From Planctomycetota bacterium (GTDB taxonomy: Bacteria; Planctomycetota; UBA8108; UBA1146; JAJFFE01): DNA of 64,000 nucleotides. The stretch's first letter is position 1; each line of letters opens with the position of its first letter. Positions 48,734-59,219 of the stretch are shown here, one piece after another. Position numbers and translations under genes: made by a program. The notes below the pieces were generated by a model. That model was not told the DNA's origin and ran no database searches. It worked only from the letters and a program-made list of their open reading frames with translations. Where the stretch lies: positions 617 through 64,616 of the forward strand of contig JAJFFE010000316.1 of assembly GCA_021776775.1 (NCBI GenBank), in the 5' to 3' direction.

Positions 48734-49129
48734 TTGAACGACCGAAGGCCAGCCGAACCCAAGCTCTACGAGTACGAACTGCCCGGGGGGTGGCGCGTGC
48801 TCGCCGGACGCACCGAGTCGGACAACGACCGCCTGTCGACCCGGCTCGCGAACGCGAACGACTTCTGGTTCCACGTGCGAGGGATGCCGGGAAGTCACGT
48901 CGTCCTCCGCGTCGACGACGTCGAACCGGACCGCGAGGTGGTGCGCGGTGCAGCGGCGATCGCGGCGTACCACTCCAAGGCTCGCGGGGGCGGCAAGGTG
49001 CCGGTCTCGTGCACGCGGGCTAAGTACGTTACGAAGCCCAAGGGGGCGAAGCCCGGCACCGTGCAGATTCGTCGCGAGAAGGTGCTGACCGTAGCGCCGG
49101 CGCTGCCTAAGGACGCCGATAGTTCGTAG
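48734..49129 (+). CDS. NFACT RNA-binding domain protein (DUF814)
   Basis: GR...DND.L, DFWFHVRGMPGSHV, AA.IAAYHSK, V.KPKGAKPG.V. Confidence 0.88.
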   Translation: MNDRRPAEPKLYEYELPGGWRVLAGRTESDNDRLSTRLANANDFWFHVRGMPGSHVVLRVDDVEPDREVVRGAAAIAAYHSKARGGGKVPVSCTRAKYVTKPKGAKPGTVQIRREKVLTVAPALPKDADSS

Positions 49130-49199
49130 GTGATCGTCTGAGGCCTGTCGCGCCAGCGCGAAACAAAATGACTCGAAGAAAATCCCGCTAAGGAGTGAC

Positions 49200-50711
49200 G
49201 TGAGCGATCTGTTTGTCGGACTCGATATCAGCACTACCGCTAGCACGGCGATCGTGATCAACGCCGAAGGTGAGGTTATCGCCCGCGCCTCGGGAGAGCA
49301 CACGTTGTCGACGCCGCGCCCGCTTTGGTCCGAGCAAGATCCTCGAGAGTGGTGGACGGCATCGTGCCTCGCCTTGCGAGAGGTGCTCGACCATGCAGAC
49401 GTGGATGCGGACGCGGTGCGGGCGGTCGGGCTGACGGGGCAGATGCATGGCTCTGTGTTTCTCGATCACGCCGGTGACGTGCTGCGACCGTGCATCCTCT
49501 GGAACGATCAGCGCACCGCCGCCGAGTGTCGCGAGATCACCGATCGCGTCGGTGCGTCTCGCGTCATCGAGACGACCGGCAATCCGGTTCTCACCGGGTT
49601 CACGGCCGGAAAGATCCTGTGGGTCGAACGCAACGAGCCGGATGTCTACCAGCGCATCGCATCGGTGCTCTTGCCGAAAGACTACGTGCGCTATCGACTG
49701 AGCGGCGTTCGCGCCGGCGATGTCTCCGACTGTTCCGGGACCTCACTGTTCGACGTGGCGCGTCGACGCTGGTCCGATGTCATGATCGAGGCGGTTGGCG
49801 TCAAACGGTCCTGGCTACCGGAGGTTTTCGAATCGAGTGAAGTGTGCGCGGAAGTCTCGCAAGAGGCGTCGGGGGTGACGGGGCTTCGACCGGGAACTCC
49901 GATCGTCGCCGGCGCGGGCGATCAAGCAGCGCAAGCGGTCGGCACCGGAATCATCGACGAAGGAGTCGTTTCGTGCACGCTCGGAACTTCTGGTGTGGTG
50001 TTCGCCGCTTCCGATGAGTACCGGGTCGAGCCCGAAGGTCGCTTGCACGCGTTCTGTCACGCCGTTCCTGGCAAGTGGCACCTCATGGGAGTGATGTTGT
50101 CCGCCGGGGGCAGTCTTCGCTGGTATCGCGATGTCGTTGCCGATTCCGAGGTCGCCGCGGCGACCCGACAGCAGGTCGATCCGTACGACGCGCTGATGGA
50201 GCAAGCGGCTCTTGCTCCCGCCGGCTGCGAAGGGCTGCTCTTCCTCCCGTATCTCACCGGCGAGCGAACTCCGCACGCCGACCCCGACGCCCGCGGCGCC
50301 TTTGTCGGATTAACCGTACGGCATCAGCGCGCGCACTTGGTGCGTTCGGTCGTCGAGGGTATTAGCTGCGGTCTGCGGGACTCGCTCGAACTCATGCGAG
50401 GGTTGGGAATCGCGACGCGAGTCGTCCGGGCATCCGGCGGCGGTGCGGAGAGCTCGTTCTGGAGGCAGATGCTTGCCAACGTGTTCGGCACCGAGATCGC
50501 CACGGTCAGCAGTGCCGATGGCGCTGCCTTCGGCGCCGCGCTTCTCGCCACGGTGGGGGCGGGGGCGCACGATAGCGTCGAGGCGGCCGCTTCGAGCTGC
50601 GTGCGAGTCGTCGACTCCATCGCACCGCAGTCGGATCGCGCTGTTTACGATGCCGTGTATCAGCGATATTGCGAACTCTACCCGGCGCTTCGCGGGACCT
50701 GGGAGAAGTAG
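49200..50711 (+). CDS. xylB: Xylulokinase
   Basis: SEQDP..WW, GLTGQMHG, ILWNDQR, LLPKDY, GAGDQAA, LGTSG, FLPYLTGER. Confidence 0.9.
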   Translation: MSDLFVGLDISTTASTAIVINAEGEVIARASGEHTLSTPRPLWSEQDPREWWTASCLALREVLDHADVDADAVRAVGLTGQMHGSVFLDHAGDVLRPCILWNDQRTAAECREITDRVGASRVIETTGNPVLTGFTAGKILWVERNEPDVYQRIASVLLPKDYVRYRLSGVRAGDVSDCSGTSLFDVARRRWSDVMIEAVGVKRSWLPEVFESSEVCAEVSQEASGVTGLRPGTPIVAGAGDQAAQAVGTGIIDEGVVSCTLGTSGVVFAASDEYRVEPEGRLHAFCHAVPGKWHLMGVMLSAGGSLRWYRDVVADSEVAAATRQQVDPYDALMEQAALAPAGCEGLLFLPYLTGERTPHADPDARGAFVGLTVRHQRAHLVRSVVEGISCGLRDSLELMRGLGIATRVVRASGGGAESSFWRQMLANVFGTEIATVSSADGAAFGAALLATVGAGAHDSVEAAASSCVRVVDSIAPQSDRAVYDAVYQRYCELYPALRGTWEK

Positions 50712-50720
50712 GCACCTGTC

Positions 50721-51167
50721 ATGGCACTACTCGACGTGGTTCGCCCGAGCCTTCGGCGGTCGATCGATCTCTACGCTGAGCTTGTCGCACTAGTCCCGGA
50801 GTCGGCACTCGAAGATTCGATCCCCGGAGTCCGTTGCAATACGATCGGTCAGCAGCTGTGGTGCGTGGTCGGTGCGCGAGAGAGCTACGCGGCGGCGATC
50901 GAGTCGGGGCAGTGGTCTGGGTTCACCTGTTCATTGGAGTGGGGCGACTGCGGTTCTCAGTCCGCGGTGAAGAGCCGACTCGAGAGTTCGGGGAACCGCC
51001 TTCTCCAAGCCGTCGCCGGCGACGAATTCTCAGACGCGCAGTATCAGCTCATCGTGGATGAGGTCGAGCACGAAGCGGCGCACCACGGTCAGCTCATTCG
51101 ATACTTGTACGCGCTGGATCTGCCCATCCCGCCTGGGTGGAAAGCTCGGTACTCATTGGATGGATGA
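50721..51167 (+). CDS. DinB-like protein
   Basis: TIGQQLWC..GARESY, EHEAAHHGQL. Confidence 0.75.
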   Translation: MALLDVVRPSLRRSIDLYAELVALVPESALEDSIPGVRCNTIGQQLWCVVGARESYAAAIESGQWSGFTCSLEWGDCGSQSAVKSRLESSGNRLLQAVAGDEFSDAQYQLIVDEVEHEAAHHGQLIRYLYALDLPIPPGWKARYSLDG

Positions 51168-51198
51168 GCCGGGTCGAGCGTCTGCTCGGATTAGCCGT

Positions 51199-52347
51199 TC
51201 AGATGAGCCGTTCGTCTCGAAGTACGCCTTCGATGTTGCGCCGGAAGTTGGCGACGTCGAACTCCCACGCGCGCTCGCGCAGTACCTTGGGGTCGTAGCT
51301 GTTGTGGTCGCGTTCCATACGCAGCACGGCGTCGGCGAGAGAGTCGACTGTGGGCTCCCCGAAGAAGCTCCCGGTTCGACCCGCCACCACCGTCTCGCAT
51401 GCGCCACCGAGGCCGAGCGCGATGACCGGTCGGCCGCTCGCCATACTCTCGAGCGGAGTGATTCCAAAGTCTTCTTCGCAAGGGAGCAGGAAGGCGCGGG
51501 CGGTCGAGTAGGCGCGCGCCACCGCGTCGTCGGACTCCCAACCTCGAAACTCGATCGTGGGACCGGCGAGCGCTTTCAGCCGACGTTCGTGCTGCCCACG
51601 GCCGATGATCACGAGCGGTTTGCCGAGACGGTTGAAGGTCTCGATAGCGAGGTCGACGCCCTTGTACGGGGCGAGCGCGGTCACCATGAGGTAATGCGAC
51701 CCGACCGCTTCGCCCTTTGCGATAGTGAACCGTTCCGTGTCGACGGGCGGATAGATCACTTCGGAATCGCGGCCGTACAGTCGCCGGATACGCTCTGCGA
51801 CATAGTGCGAGATGGCGATGAATCGATCGACGTGCTTGGCCGCGGCGCGATCCCACGCGCGGAGTTCCGGGAGAAAGCTACGCGCCGCGAGCCGAACCGG
51901 CCACGACGCCCGGGTGGGGTCGAGGTAGGTATCGGCGTGATCCCACAGGTAGCGCGCGGGTGTGAAGCAGTAGCAAATGTGGCGAGCGCCGGGTCGCTTC
52001 TGAACCGCTTTGGCGGCGCAGTGAGAAAGCGACACGAGAGCGGCGTACTCGTCGCCCGGTAGTCCCGCGGTCACGTAGGGGAAGAACGGAAGCAGCTTGC
52101 GGTAGTGCCGACGCAACCAAGGCAGCCGAGAGAGCGCGCTGGTTCGAACGGAGTGACGTTCGATGCGTTCGGAGACCGACCCGGGTTCGTGAACGAGAGT
52201 CAGAATAGGAGCGTCGGGGAGCAGGTCCGCGAACACTTCGAGGCACCGTTCTCCACCGCGCATCCCCGTCAGCCAGTCGTGCACGAGGGCTACCGGCGGA
52301 GTCGCGGTACTCGCTACGTCGCCGTCCGGTAGCCGGTGCGGGCTCAC
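51199..52347 (-). CDS. Glycosyltransferase family 4
   Basis: HDWLTGMRGGE, VIYPPVD, EEDFGITPLESMASG. Confidence 0.9.
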   Translation of the reverse strand: MSPHRLPDGDVASTATPPVALVHDWLTGMRGGERCLEVFADLLPDAPILTLVHEPGSVSERIERHSVRTSALSRLPWLRRHYRKLLPFFPYVTAGLPGDEYAALVSLSHCAAKAVQKRPGARHICYCFTPARYLWDHADTYLDPTRASWPVRLAARSFLPELRAWDRAAAKHVDRFIAISHYVAERIRRLYGRDSEVIYPPVDTERFTIAKGEAVGSHYLMVTALAPYKGVDLAIETFNRLGKPLVIIGRGQHERRLKALAGPTIEFRGWESDDAVARAYSTARAFLLPCEEDFGITPLESMASGRPVIALGLGGACETVVAGRTGSFFGEPTVDSLADAVLRMERDHNSYDPKVLRERAWEFDVANFRRNIEGVLRDERLI

Positions 52348-53456
52348 GCCAAGGTCTCGGCGATCGCGGCGATGACACGGTCCGGATCTTCATCCTTCAA
52401 GCGGTGGTGGATCGGCAGGCCGAGTACGTCTCGGCACCCGGCTTCGGCGACCGGGAAGTCACCGTCGCGGTGGCCGAGGTTTGCGAAGACCGGTTGGCTC
52501 GGCAGGGTCGAGGGGTAGTACACGGCGCAGCCAATTCCCTGATCGCGCAGCGACTGCATGACGTGGTCGCGATTCGGCACTCGCACAATGTACTGGTGCC
52601 AGACGTGGTCCGACCCGTCCGTGAGTCCGAGCGGACGTACGATGTCCGAAAGCCCACGCGCTTCGATCGCGGCGTGGTATCGCCCGGCGTTCTTCGCCCG
52701 CGCGGCGTGCACGGCGCGAAGCCGTTCGAGGCGAATCGACAGGATGGCTCCTTGGAATCCGTCCATACGCGCGTTCCAGCCCAAGTGCTCGTGCTGGTAA
52801 CCGCCGGCATCGCCGTGTACTCGCAGTGAACGCATGCGTTCGAACGTCGCTTCGTCGCGCGTCACGATCATTCCGGCGTCGCCAGCCGCGGCGAGGTTCT
52901 TGGTGACGTAGAACGAGAACGTGCCGCAGCGACCGAGACTGCCGAGCGCGCGTCCTTCGTACCGTGCGTCGAAACTCTGCGCGGCGTCTTCGATCACCTC
53001 GATACCGGTCTCTTCGGCGAGCGCCAGCAGCTCCCCCATGGGCGCGGCTTGGCCGTAGAGGTGCACCGGCATCATCGCTTTGGTGCGTTCGGTGATGTGG
53101 CGCTTGGCCTCGGCCGGATCGAGTTGAAGCGTCTCTGGCAGCACGTCTGCGAACACCGGCGTGGCGCCGAGGTGCGCGACCGACGACGCGCTGGCGAAGA
53201 ACGACGTCGCCGGAACGATCACTTCGTCGCCGGGCCCGACACCGAGCGCCTGCAGGCCGATGCGCAACGCGTCGGTACCGTTCGAAACGCCCAGTGCAAA
53301 GGGGACGTCGAGGAACTCACACGCTTGCGCTTCGAAGTTCGTCACTTCGTTGCCGAGGCAGAACGCAGTCGCGTCGACCGTGCGCTCGAGCGCCGTCAGC
53401 CACTCGGCGCGTTCTTCTAAGTCGTCGGGCCCCAAAGCCACCATCGAAATCGACAT
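52344..53456 (-). CDS. DegT/DnrJ/EryC1/StrS family sugar aminotransferase
   Basis: SNGTDAL, GPGDEVIVP, PVHLYG, EDAAQS, FSFYVTKNL (PLP Lys). Confidence 0.92.
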   Translation of the reverse strand: MSISMVALGPDDLEERAEWLTALERTVDATAFCLGNEVTNFEAQACEFLDVPFALGVSNGTDALRIGLQALGVGPGDEVIVPATSFFASASSVAHLGATPVFADVLPETLQLDPAEAKRHITERTKAMMPVHLYGQAAPMGELLALAEETGIEVIEDAAQSFDARYEGRALGSLGRCGTFSFYVTKNLAAAGDAGMIVTRDEATFERMRSLRVHGDAGGYQHEHLGWNARMDGFQGAILSIRLERLRAVHAARAKNAGRYHAAIEARGLSDIVRPLGLTDGSDHVWHQYIVRVPNRDHVMQSLRDQGIGCAVYYPSTLPSQPVFANLGHRDGDFPVAEAGCRDVLGLPIHHRLKDEDPDRVIAAIAETLA

Positions 53457-53608
53457 GCTGTTCTTCCCCTTGAACGTCGTGATGGCGGAGTCCGCCGCGT
53501 TCAGTCTGTGACGTGTTGTGGTGAGGCGTCGGCGGTCGACCCGGTCGACACCGTGTGATCGTGACTCCGTGTGATCGTTATCCGAGCGCCGGGCAGTGCC
53601 GAATGTGA

Positions 53609-55045
53609 CTACGGTCCGGTGATTGCGCCCGACTCACCGTAAGGATTCTCCTTGGGCCGTCGCCACGCTCGAAGCAGCGTCAAGAACAGGATCTTGAGAT
53701 CGAGCCAGACGGACCAGTTGCGCAGGTAGTATAGATCGAACTCGACTCGCTTCGACAGGGAGGTCTTGCCGCGCCAGCCGTTGACTTGCGCCCAGCCGGT
53801 CAGGCCGGCCTTCATGCGGTGACGCAGCATGTATCGAGGGATCGTCTTGCGGAACTCCTCGATGAATACTGGTCGTTCGGGTCGCGGTCCGACCAACGAC
53901 ATTTGGCCTTTGAGAGCGTTCCATAGTTGCGGCAGTTCGTCCATCGACGTGCGTCGGAGGAACGCCCCCAGGGGCGTGCAACGATTGTCACTATCGTCGG
54001 CCCAGACCGGTCCGGTCTTGTTTTCGGCGTCATGCACCATGGTGCGAAACTTGAGCATTGGGAACGTCATGCCGTCGAGGCCGACGCGGTCTTGGACGTA
54101 GATGATCGGACGGCCCGACGTCAGCCAAATCGTCAGCGCGATGCCGAGCAGGACCGGCGATAGCAGCACGAGTAGCGTTGCGCTCAACGTGATATCGAGC
54201 GCCCGCTTGATGACCGCGTTGGCGCCGTCGGCGCGAACCCCGCGCAAGTTGATGACTTGTAGTCCGTCGAAGTCGGCGATCTCGCGCGAGAACGTGTTGA
54301 ACGCTTCGAGGTCGAGAACCGATCGGACCCCGACATTCGTTCGTGACAGCCGCTGATCGATTTCCGGGAGCACACCCAAGTCGCGAAACGGGAGAGCGAC
54401 GATGACTTCTTGAACGCCGTGCTCTTCGAGGACGCGTTCGAGGTCGTCGAGGTCACCGAGCACGTCGTTCTTCTGAGTCACACCGTCGGACTGCTCTCCG
54501 GCGTCCAGAAAGCCGCGAATCTCGAGGCCGGTCCAGGGGTGCTTGCGAATTCGTTTCGCGATGCTGCGGGCCATCGACCCGCGGCCGACGATCAGGCAGC
54601 GTCGGGTCCCGACGCCTTCCATGAACAGTCGGCGCTCACGAGCGAGCCAGATCAGATGGTGAAGAAAGATCACGATCGGGTTGATCACGAAGAAGGTGCT
54701 GATGATCACGCGCGAGTAGCTGTGCTGGCGGAAGTAGAACCCGACGAAGAATGCGATCAACCCCATCTGCACGTGGACCTTGGCCAAGTCGATCAGCAGG
54801 CTGCCGTACGAACCGGCGCGTCGCGGGCGGTACAGGTTGAACGAGTGCGCGGCCCAGACATAGGCGATCCACAAGATGGGCAGCACGTTGATGTAAACGC
54901 TTACTTCCGGCGTGCCTTTGGAGAGGGGACGAGGAAAGTCGAACTCTGCGGCGAGGTAGTACGCCGAGAGGATGGCCGCCGCGATGAGCGCTAGGTCGAG
55001 CGGCAGTTTGATCGAGAGCGCGGCATAGGCACGCAGGCTCTTCAT
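53609..55045 (-). CDS. Undecaprenyl-phosphate glycosyl-1-phosphate transferase (WcaJ-like)
   Basis: N-terminal TMs; KRALD, KFRTM, DELPQL, MSLVGPRPER, GLTGWAQVNG, DLYY. Confidence 0.92.
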   Translation of the reverse strand: MKSLRAYAALSIKLPLDLALIAAAILSAYYLAAEFDFPRPLSKGTPEVSVYINVLPILWIAYVWAAHSFNLYRPRRAGSYGSLLIDLAKVHVQMGLIAFFVGFYFRQHSYSRVIISTFFVINPIVIFLHHLIWLARERRLFMEGVGTRRCLIVGRGSMARSIAKRIRKHPWTGLEIRGFLDAGEQSDGVTQKNDVLGDLDDLERVLEEHGVQEVIVALPFRDLGVLPEIDQRLSRTNVGVRSVLDLEAFNTFSREIADFDGLQVINLRGVRADGANAVIKRALDITLSATLLVLLSPVLLGIALTIWLTSGRPIIYVQDRVGLDGMTFPMLKFRTMVHDAENKTGPVWADDSDNRCTPLGAFLRRTSMDELPQLWNALKGQMSLVGPRPERPVFIEEFRKTIPRYMLRHRMKAGLTGWAQVNGWRGKTSLSKRVEFDLYYLRNWSVWLDLKILFLTLLRAWRRPKENPYGESGAITGP

Positions 55046-55278
55046 TACTCGGTTCACCCTACGAGTCTGGCTTACCAGAACCGACCCGCCAGACATGGAG
55101 AGCACGTCTGGCGAACACTTCTGGCAAGAAACGACAACGTGCGATACGTCGTCGCGGGCAGCCGACGATCGTCCCAACGATGGGTCCCGAGATATGAGTC
55201 GCGACGAGGGTTTGCAGCACCAAGTGGGTTTGCAGGTCGGCGCGGTCGAAGCTCAGGACCGTACGGCGTCGATCGGGA

Positions 55279-56253
55279 TCAAGCGGTGACGACTCCGCGG
55301 CTCGGCTGAATGGCCAGGCTGGCGATGTAGTTCGAGATGCCCGTCTCGATCGAAGTGGCGGGATTATAGCCGAGAGCCTCCCGCGTGTGCTCGATATCTG
55401 CGCAAGTTCTCGACACGTCGCCGGGCTGTTGGGGGAGGTATTCGATTTTGGGTTCGACGCCGAGCTCCGACGCGATGAGTTCCACGAGCTCGTTCAGGGC
55501 CACCATGCGATGGTTTCCCAGGTTGTAGATGTCGTAACCCCGGTTTCGATCGAGGGCGCGGAGCACTCCGTCGACGATGTCACCGACGTACGTGTAGTCG
55601 CGTTGCGACGAGCCGTCGCCGAACACGGGGATCGTCGCGCCCCGCGCGAGAGCGCGTGTGAATTTCGAAATCGCCATCTCGGGACGCTGCCCCGGACCGT
55701 ACACGGTGAAGAAGCGCAGGCAGGCCACATCCATCTCGTAGAGGTGGTGGTACGTGTGCGCGATGAGTTCGCCGGCTCGTTTCGTGGCCGCGTACGGCGA
55801 GACCGGGCGATCGACCGGATCGGTGGTGAGGAACGGTGTTTTGGTTCTCTCGCCGTAGACCGAGGACGACGACGCGAACACGAACGAGTGGATTTCGCGT
55901 TCGCGGGCGAGTTCGAGCACGTTCGACGTTCCACCGATGTTGACTTCCGCGTAGAGCGCCGGGTGAGCGATCGACGGGCGGACTCCCGCCCGAGCGGCGA
56001 GGTGAATGATGCCGTCGAAGGCGTGGCGGCACGCCACTTCGTCGAGTGTTTCGGCGTCGCGAATGTCGCCGCGATAGAACGCGAAGTTCGAGTGTTCGAG
56101 CAATGCCGCGAGGTTTTGCCGCTTGATATCGGGGTCGTAGTAGTCGTCCAAGTTGTCGTACGCGACCACGCGGTCTCCTCGTTCGAGAAGCGCTGCCGCG
56201 ACGTGACTGCCGATGAAGCCGGCTCCACCGGTGACTAGGATCGTCTTACTCAT
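55279..56253 (-). CDS. NAD-dependent epimerase (UDP-glucuronate 4-epimerase-like)
   Basis: TGGAGFIG, HLAARAGVR.S, ASSSSVYG, YAATK, RFFTVYGP; AGGAGG SD. Confidence 0.92.
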   Translation of the reverse strand: MSKTILVTGGAGFIGSHVAAALLERGDRVVAYDNLDDYYDPDIKRQNLAALLEHSNFAFYRGDIRDAETLDEVACRHAFDGIIHLAARAGVRPSIAHPALYAEVNIGGTSNVLELAREREIHSFVFASSSSVYGERTKTPFLTTDPVDRPVSPYAATKRAGELIAHTYHHLYEMDVACLRFFTVYGPGQRPEMAISKFTRALARGATIPVFGDGSSQRDYTYVGDIVDGVLRALDRNRGYDIYNLGNHRMVALNELVELIASELGVEPKIEYLPQQPGDVSRTCADIEHTREALGYNPATSIETGISNYIASLAIQPSRGVVTA

Positions 56254-56399
56254 GTCTTGCGCCCTCCTGCCGAGCGGTCGACGGGATTGGGTTGCTCGTA
56301 GGCCCCGTCCCCTCTTTCTTCGGCTGGAACGTTCCTGTCGTTCACCCGGTATTCCAGGGGTTTTACGCAGATCGACGTCGTGTTGGCGATGGCGGCGGG

Positions 56400-57104
56400 T
56401 CATGCCGAGTAGCGAGTCGGGTCCGGGACCCCTGCTTGTTCGAAACCGCGCCGCCGCAGGCCGCAGGCGTCGCAGCGGCCGCAAGCAAGGCCCGTTGGCG
56501 TTGCCCGATAGCACGAGACGGTCTGCGCGTAGTCGACTCCCAGCTCTGTCCCGCGCTGAATGATCTCCGCTTTCGTCATTTGGATCAGCGGTGCGTGCAG
56601 GCGAAACGCAGCGTCGGCGGTCGTCTCTGTGCCCGTCCGCGTCGCCAGGTGAGCGGTGCGTTCGAACGACTCGATGAACTCCGGACGGCAGTCGGGATAC
56701 CCGGAGTAGTCGAGCGCGTTGACGCCGAGGAAAATGTCACGAATGCCGCGTGCCTCGGCAGTTGCGACTGCCAGTGACAGGAATACCAGGTTTCGCGCGG
56801 GTACGTACGTCGACGGGATTGCCGGGGTGGACCCGGCCCCCGACGGACTCTCATCGGGGATTTCGCCCTCTCCGAGGAGCGACGAACCCCCTATGGCGGA
56901 AAACGGGACTTCGAGCACCAGGGCGTCAGCTGAGAGTCCGAGTTGGTCGACGATATGTTGCGCGTGTCGCACTTCCGCGTCGTGGCGTTGACCGTATCGA
57001 AACGTCAGCGGCACCGGTCGAAAGCCCTGATCGTGAGCGATGGCCAAGACCGTCGTGGAATCGAGCCCACCGCTGGTCAGGACGACAGCACGTGTTGTGT
57101 TCAC
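56400..57104 (-). CDS. queC: 7-cyano-7-deazaguanine synthase
   Basis: SGGLDS, YGQRH..E, TYVPARN, YPDCRP, TVSCY, CGRCDAC; GAGGAGG SD. Confidence 0.95.
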   Translation of the reverse strand: MNTTRAVVLTSGGLDSTTVLAIAHDQGFRPVPLTFRYGQRHDAEVRHAQHIVDQLGLSADALVLEVPFSAIGGSSLLGEGEIPDESPSGAGSTPAIPSTYVPARNLVFLSLAVATAEARGIRDIFLGVNALDYSGYPDCRPEFIESFERTAHLATRTGTETTADAAFRLHAPLIQMTKAEIIQRGTELGVDYAQTVSCYRATPTGLACGRCDACGLRRRGFEQAGVPDPTRYSA

Positions 57105-57237
57105 CGTCTGCCTCCTCTCCGAGTCGTAGGAGGGTATCGCGAGTTAGGCACGATCGGTACCCAGCGCTTGACGGATCGTCGGTTCCCAGTGGAGGTTCTG
57201 GCTCGGTCCGCGTTAGTATGGCGGTCGAGGTGGACGC

Positions 57238-58269
57238 GTGAAGGTGCTCTTGGTAGCCGGTCAGCTTTCGTATTCGAACCCCGCGATCTACACGATCTCG
57301 GTGGCTCGCGGCCTCGCTGTGCGCGGCCACGAGGTTCAAGTCGTGGCCGACGCCGGCGCGCTCGGACGGCTCCTCGATCCGTTGGAAATCGAAGTTTACC
57401 GGATACAGCACGGGTACCTCCCGTTTCGCCGATTGACGCAATTCATCCGCGAATTCGGACCCGACGTCGTGCAATCGACGGGCGGCCGCGGCTCGTTGGA
57501 ACCCGCCGCGAAGTTTGCCCGAGCGTGTGAGGCGCCGCTTTACCACACGGTTCACTCCTGGCTGCGGGAGGATCAGGACGAGCGCTACCCGAAAGACCTC
57601 GCCGGGCTGGTCACGGTCAACCAGGCGCTTCGAGAACACCTGGTCAACGACCGCAACGTACCGAAGAGTCAGATCCGAGTGATCCCGTACGGCATCGAGC
57701 TGCCCGCGAGCCCTTCCAGCCGAATCGCCGGTTCTCTCGCACCGGTGGTCGGGACCGTGGGACGTCTCGCGGAAGGGCGCCGACACCACGAGTTCGTTCG
57801 CGCGGCCGCGCTGGTGCGCGAGCGGCTGCCCGAGGCCTTGTTCGTGGTCGCCGGCTCGGGTCCAGACGAGCGTAGGCTTCGTCGACTCTCCAAACAGCTC
57901 AAGCTCGAGGATGCGCTCACCTTCGTGCAACCAAACAGCTCCGCGGAGATCTTCTCGGTGCTCGATCTCGCGGTCGTGCTGCCCGACTGGGGCGGCGTCG
58001 GCTTGACGCTCTTGGAGGCGATGTCCCACGGCTGCCCGGTACTTGCAACCGGGGGTAGCGAGGTGTTCTCGGTTCTGACCGAGGAGGACACCTGCGCCGT
58101 GGTCGACAGCACGACCCCGGAGAAGCTCGCGGAGGGGAGCGTGGAGGTGCTCGAAGACCCGTCTCGTCGTCAGGAACTCGTCACGAACGCCCGTGAGCAC
58201 GTTCTCGCGCATTACCCTCTAGATGCGCATCTGCACAGCTTGGAAGAGTTGTATTCGATCACCGTGTGA
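57238..58269 (+). CDS. Glycosyltransferase family 4 (divergent motif)
   Basis: L..RGHEV.V, VIPYGI, GTVGRL, GSGP, LTLLEAM..G.PV. Confidence 0.82.
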   Translation: MKVLLVAGQLSYSNPAIYTISVARGLAVRGHEVQVVADAGALGRLLDPLEIEVYRIQHGYLPFRRLTQFIREFGPDVVQSTGGRGSLEPAAKFARACEAPLYHTVHSWLREDQDERYPKDLAGLVTVNQALREHLVNDRNVPKSQIRVIPYGIELPASPSSRIAGSLAPVVGTVGRLAEGRRHHEFVRAAALVRERLPEALFVVAGSGPDERRLRRLSKQLKLEDALTFVQPNSSAEIFSVLDLAVVLPDWGGVGLTLLEAMSHGCPVLATGGSEVFSVLTEEDTCAVVDSTTPEKLAEGSVEVLEDPSRRQELVTNAREHVLAHYPLDAHLHSLEELYSITV

Positions 58270-58430
58270 CACCGAAGCGCTGCACGCGGGCTCGCCGACT
58301 TCCCGTCCCGCCAGCGCTCTGCCCTCCAGTGCTCGGCCGAATCTCCGGGGTGCGGCGAGCTCGGGCTTTCTCGTTCTCGCCGACAGGCACGTCTCGACGG
58401 ATCGTGCCTACCTCGCTATCCTCCCGATCC

Positions 58431-59219
58431 ATGAACCGCGTCATCGTCATCCCGGCCCGCCTCGCTTCCGAAAGACTGCCACGGAAGCTCCTCCTGCGCG
58501 AGACCGGCTCCCCCCTGATCCAGCACACAGTCGAGCGCTGCCGAGACGTGCCCGGAGTGCAGCGAGTTGTCGTCGCCGCCGACGGTGACGAGATTGCGAC
58601 CGCGGTCCGAGAATTCGGCGGGGAAGTGGTACTCACCGACCCCGAGCTTCCCTCCGGGACGGACCGAGTTGCGGCCGCCGTTGGCGCCCTCGGCTCAGAC
58701 CTGCCTGAGGGTGCGGTCATCGTCAACGTGCAGGGGGACGAACCAGAGATCGATCCCGCGCAGGTCGATCTTCTGTTCCGCATGCTCGAGGCGACGGGGT
58801 CGGGCGGGCGCGAAGCGTCGGTAGCGACTCTAGCTACCGTAAGAGACGACGCTGAGGGGTTCGCAAATCCAAACCGCGTCAAGGTGGTGGTGGATTCGCA
58901 CGGATTCGCGCTCTACTTTTCGCGCTCGGGCATTCCCTTTCCTCGGGGACAGGCCGTACCATGGCTCTGTCATGTGGGGATCTACGGATTTCGTCCCGGA
59001 GCCCTCCGGCAGTTTTCTAGTACCGCACCTTCGATCCTGGAGCGGACCGAAAAACTCGAGCAGTTGCGCTTTCTCGAGTTGGGTCTCGGCATTCGTGTGG
59101 AACGGATCGGGGCGGGACAAGAGACACCGAGCGGTTCCGGGGGGACCGGACCGGCGCCCGCCGGAATCGATACGCCAGAGGACTATGCGAAGTTCTGTGA
59201 GCGGTTCGGTTCGAGATGA
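58431..59219 (+). CDS. kdsB: 3-deoxy-manno-octulosonate cytidylyltransferase
   Basis: IPARLASERLPRK, SGTDR, VNVQGDEP, ALYFSRS.IP, H.GIY, LEQLR. Confidence 0.93.
   Translation: MNRVIVIPARLASERLPRKLLLRETGSPLIQHTVERCRDVPGVQRVVVAADGDEIATAVREFGGEVVLTDPELPSGTDRVAAAVGALGSDLPEGAVIVNVQGDEPEIDPAQVDLLFRMLEATGSGGREASVATLATVRDDAEGFANPNRVKVVVDSHGFALYFSRSGIPFPRGQAVPWLCHVGIYGFRPGALRQFSSTAPSILERTEKLEQLRFLELGLGIRVERIGAGQETPSGSGGTGPAPAGIDTPEDYAKFCERFGSR

Noticed and set aside
53552-53579. Direct repeat ccgtgtgatcgt x2 between the WcaJ-like and DegT-like genes
   Set aside because: Only two short copies and no regulator nearby; cannot be distinguished from a local duplication
56400-57104. queC as part of an anti-phage (Qat/Dpd) system
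   Set aside because: Canonical length and motifs; no ATPase, TatD or dpd genes nearby
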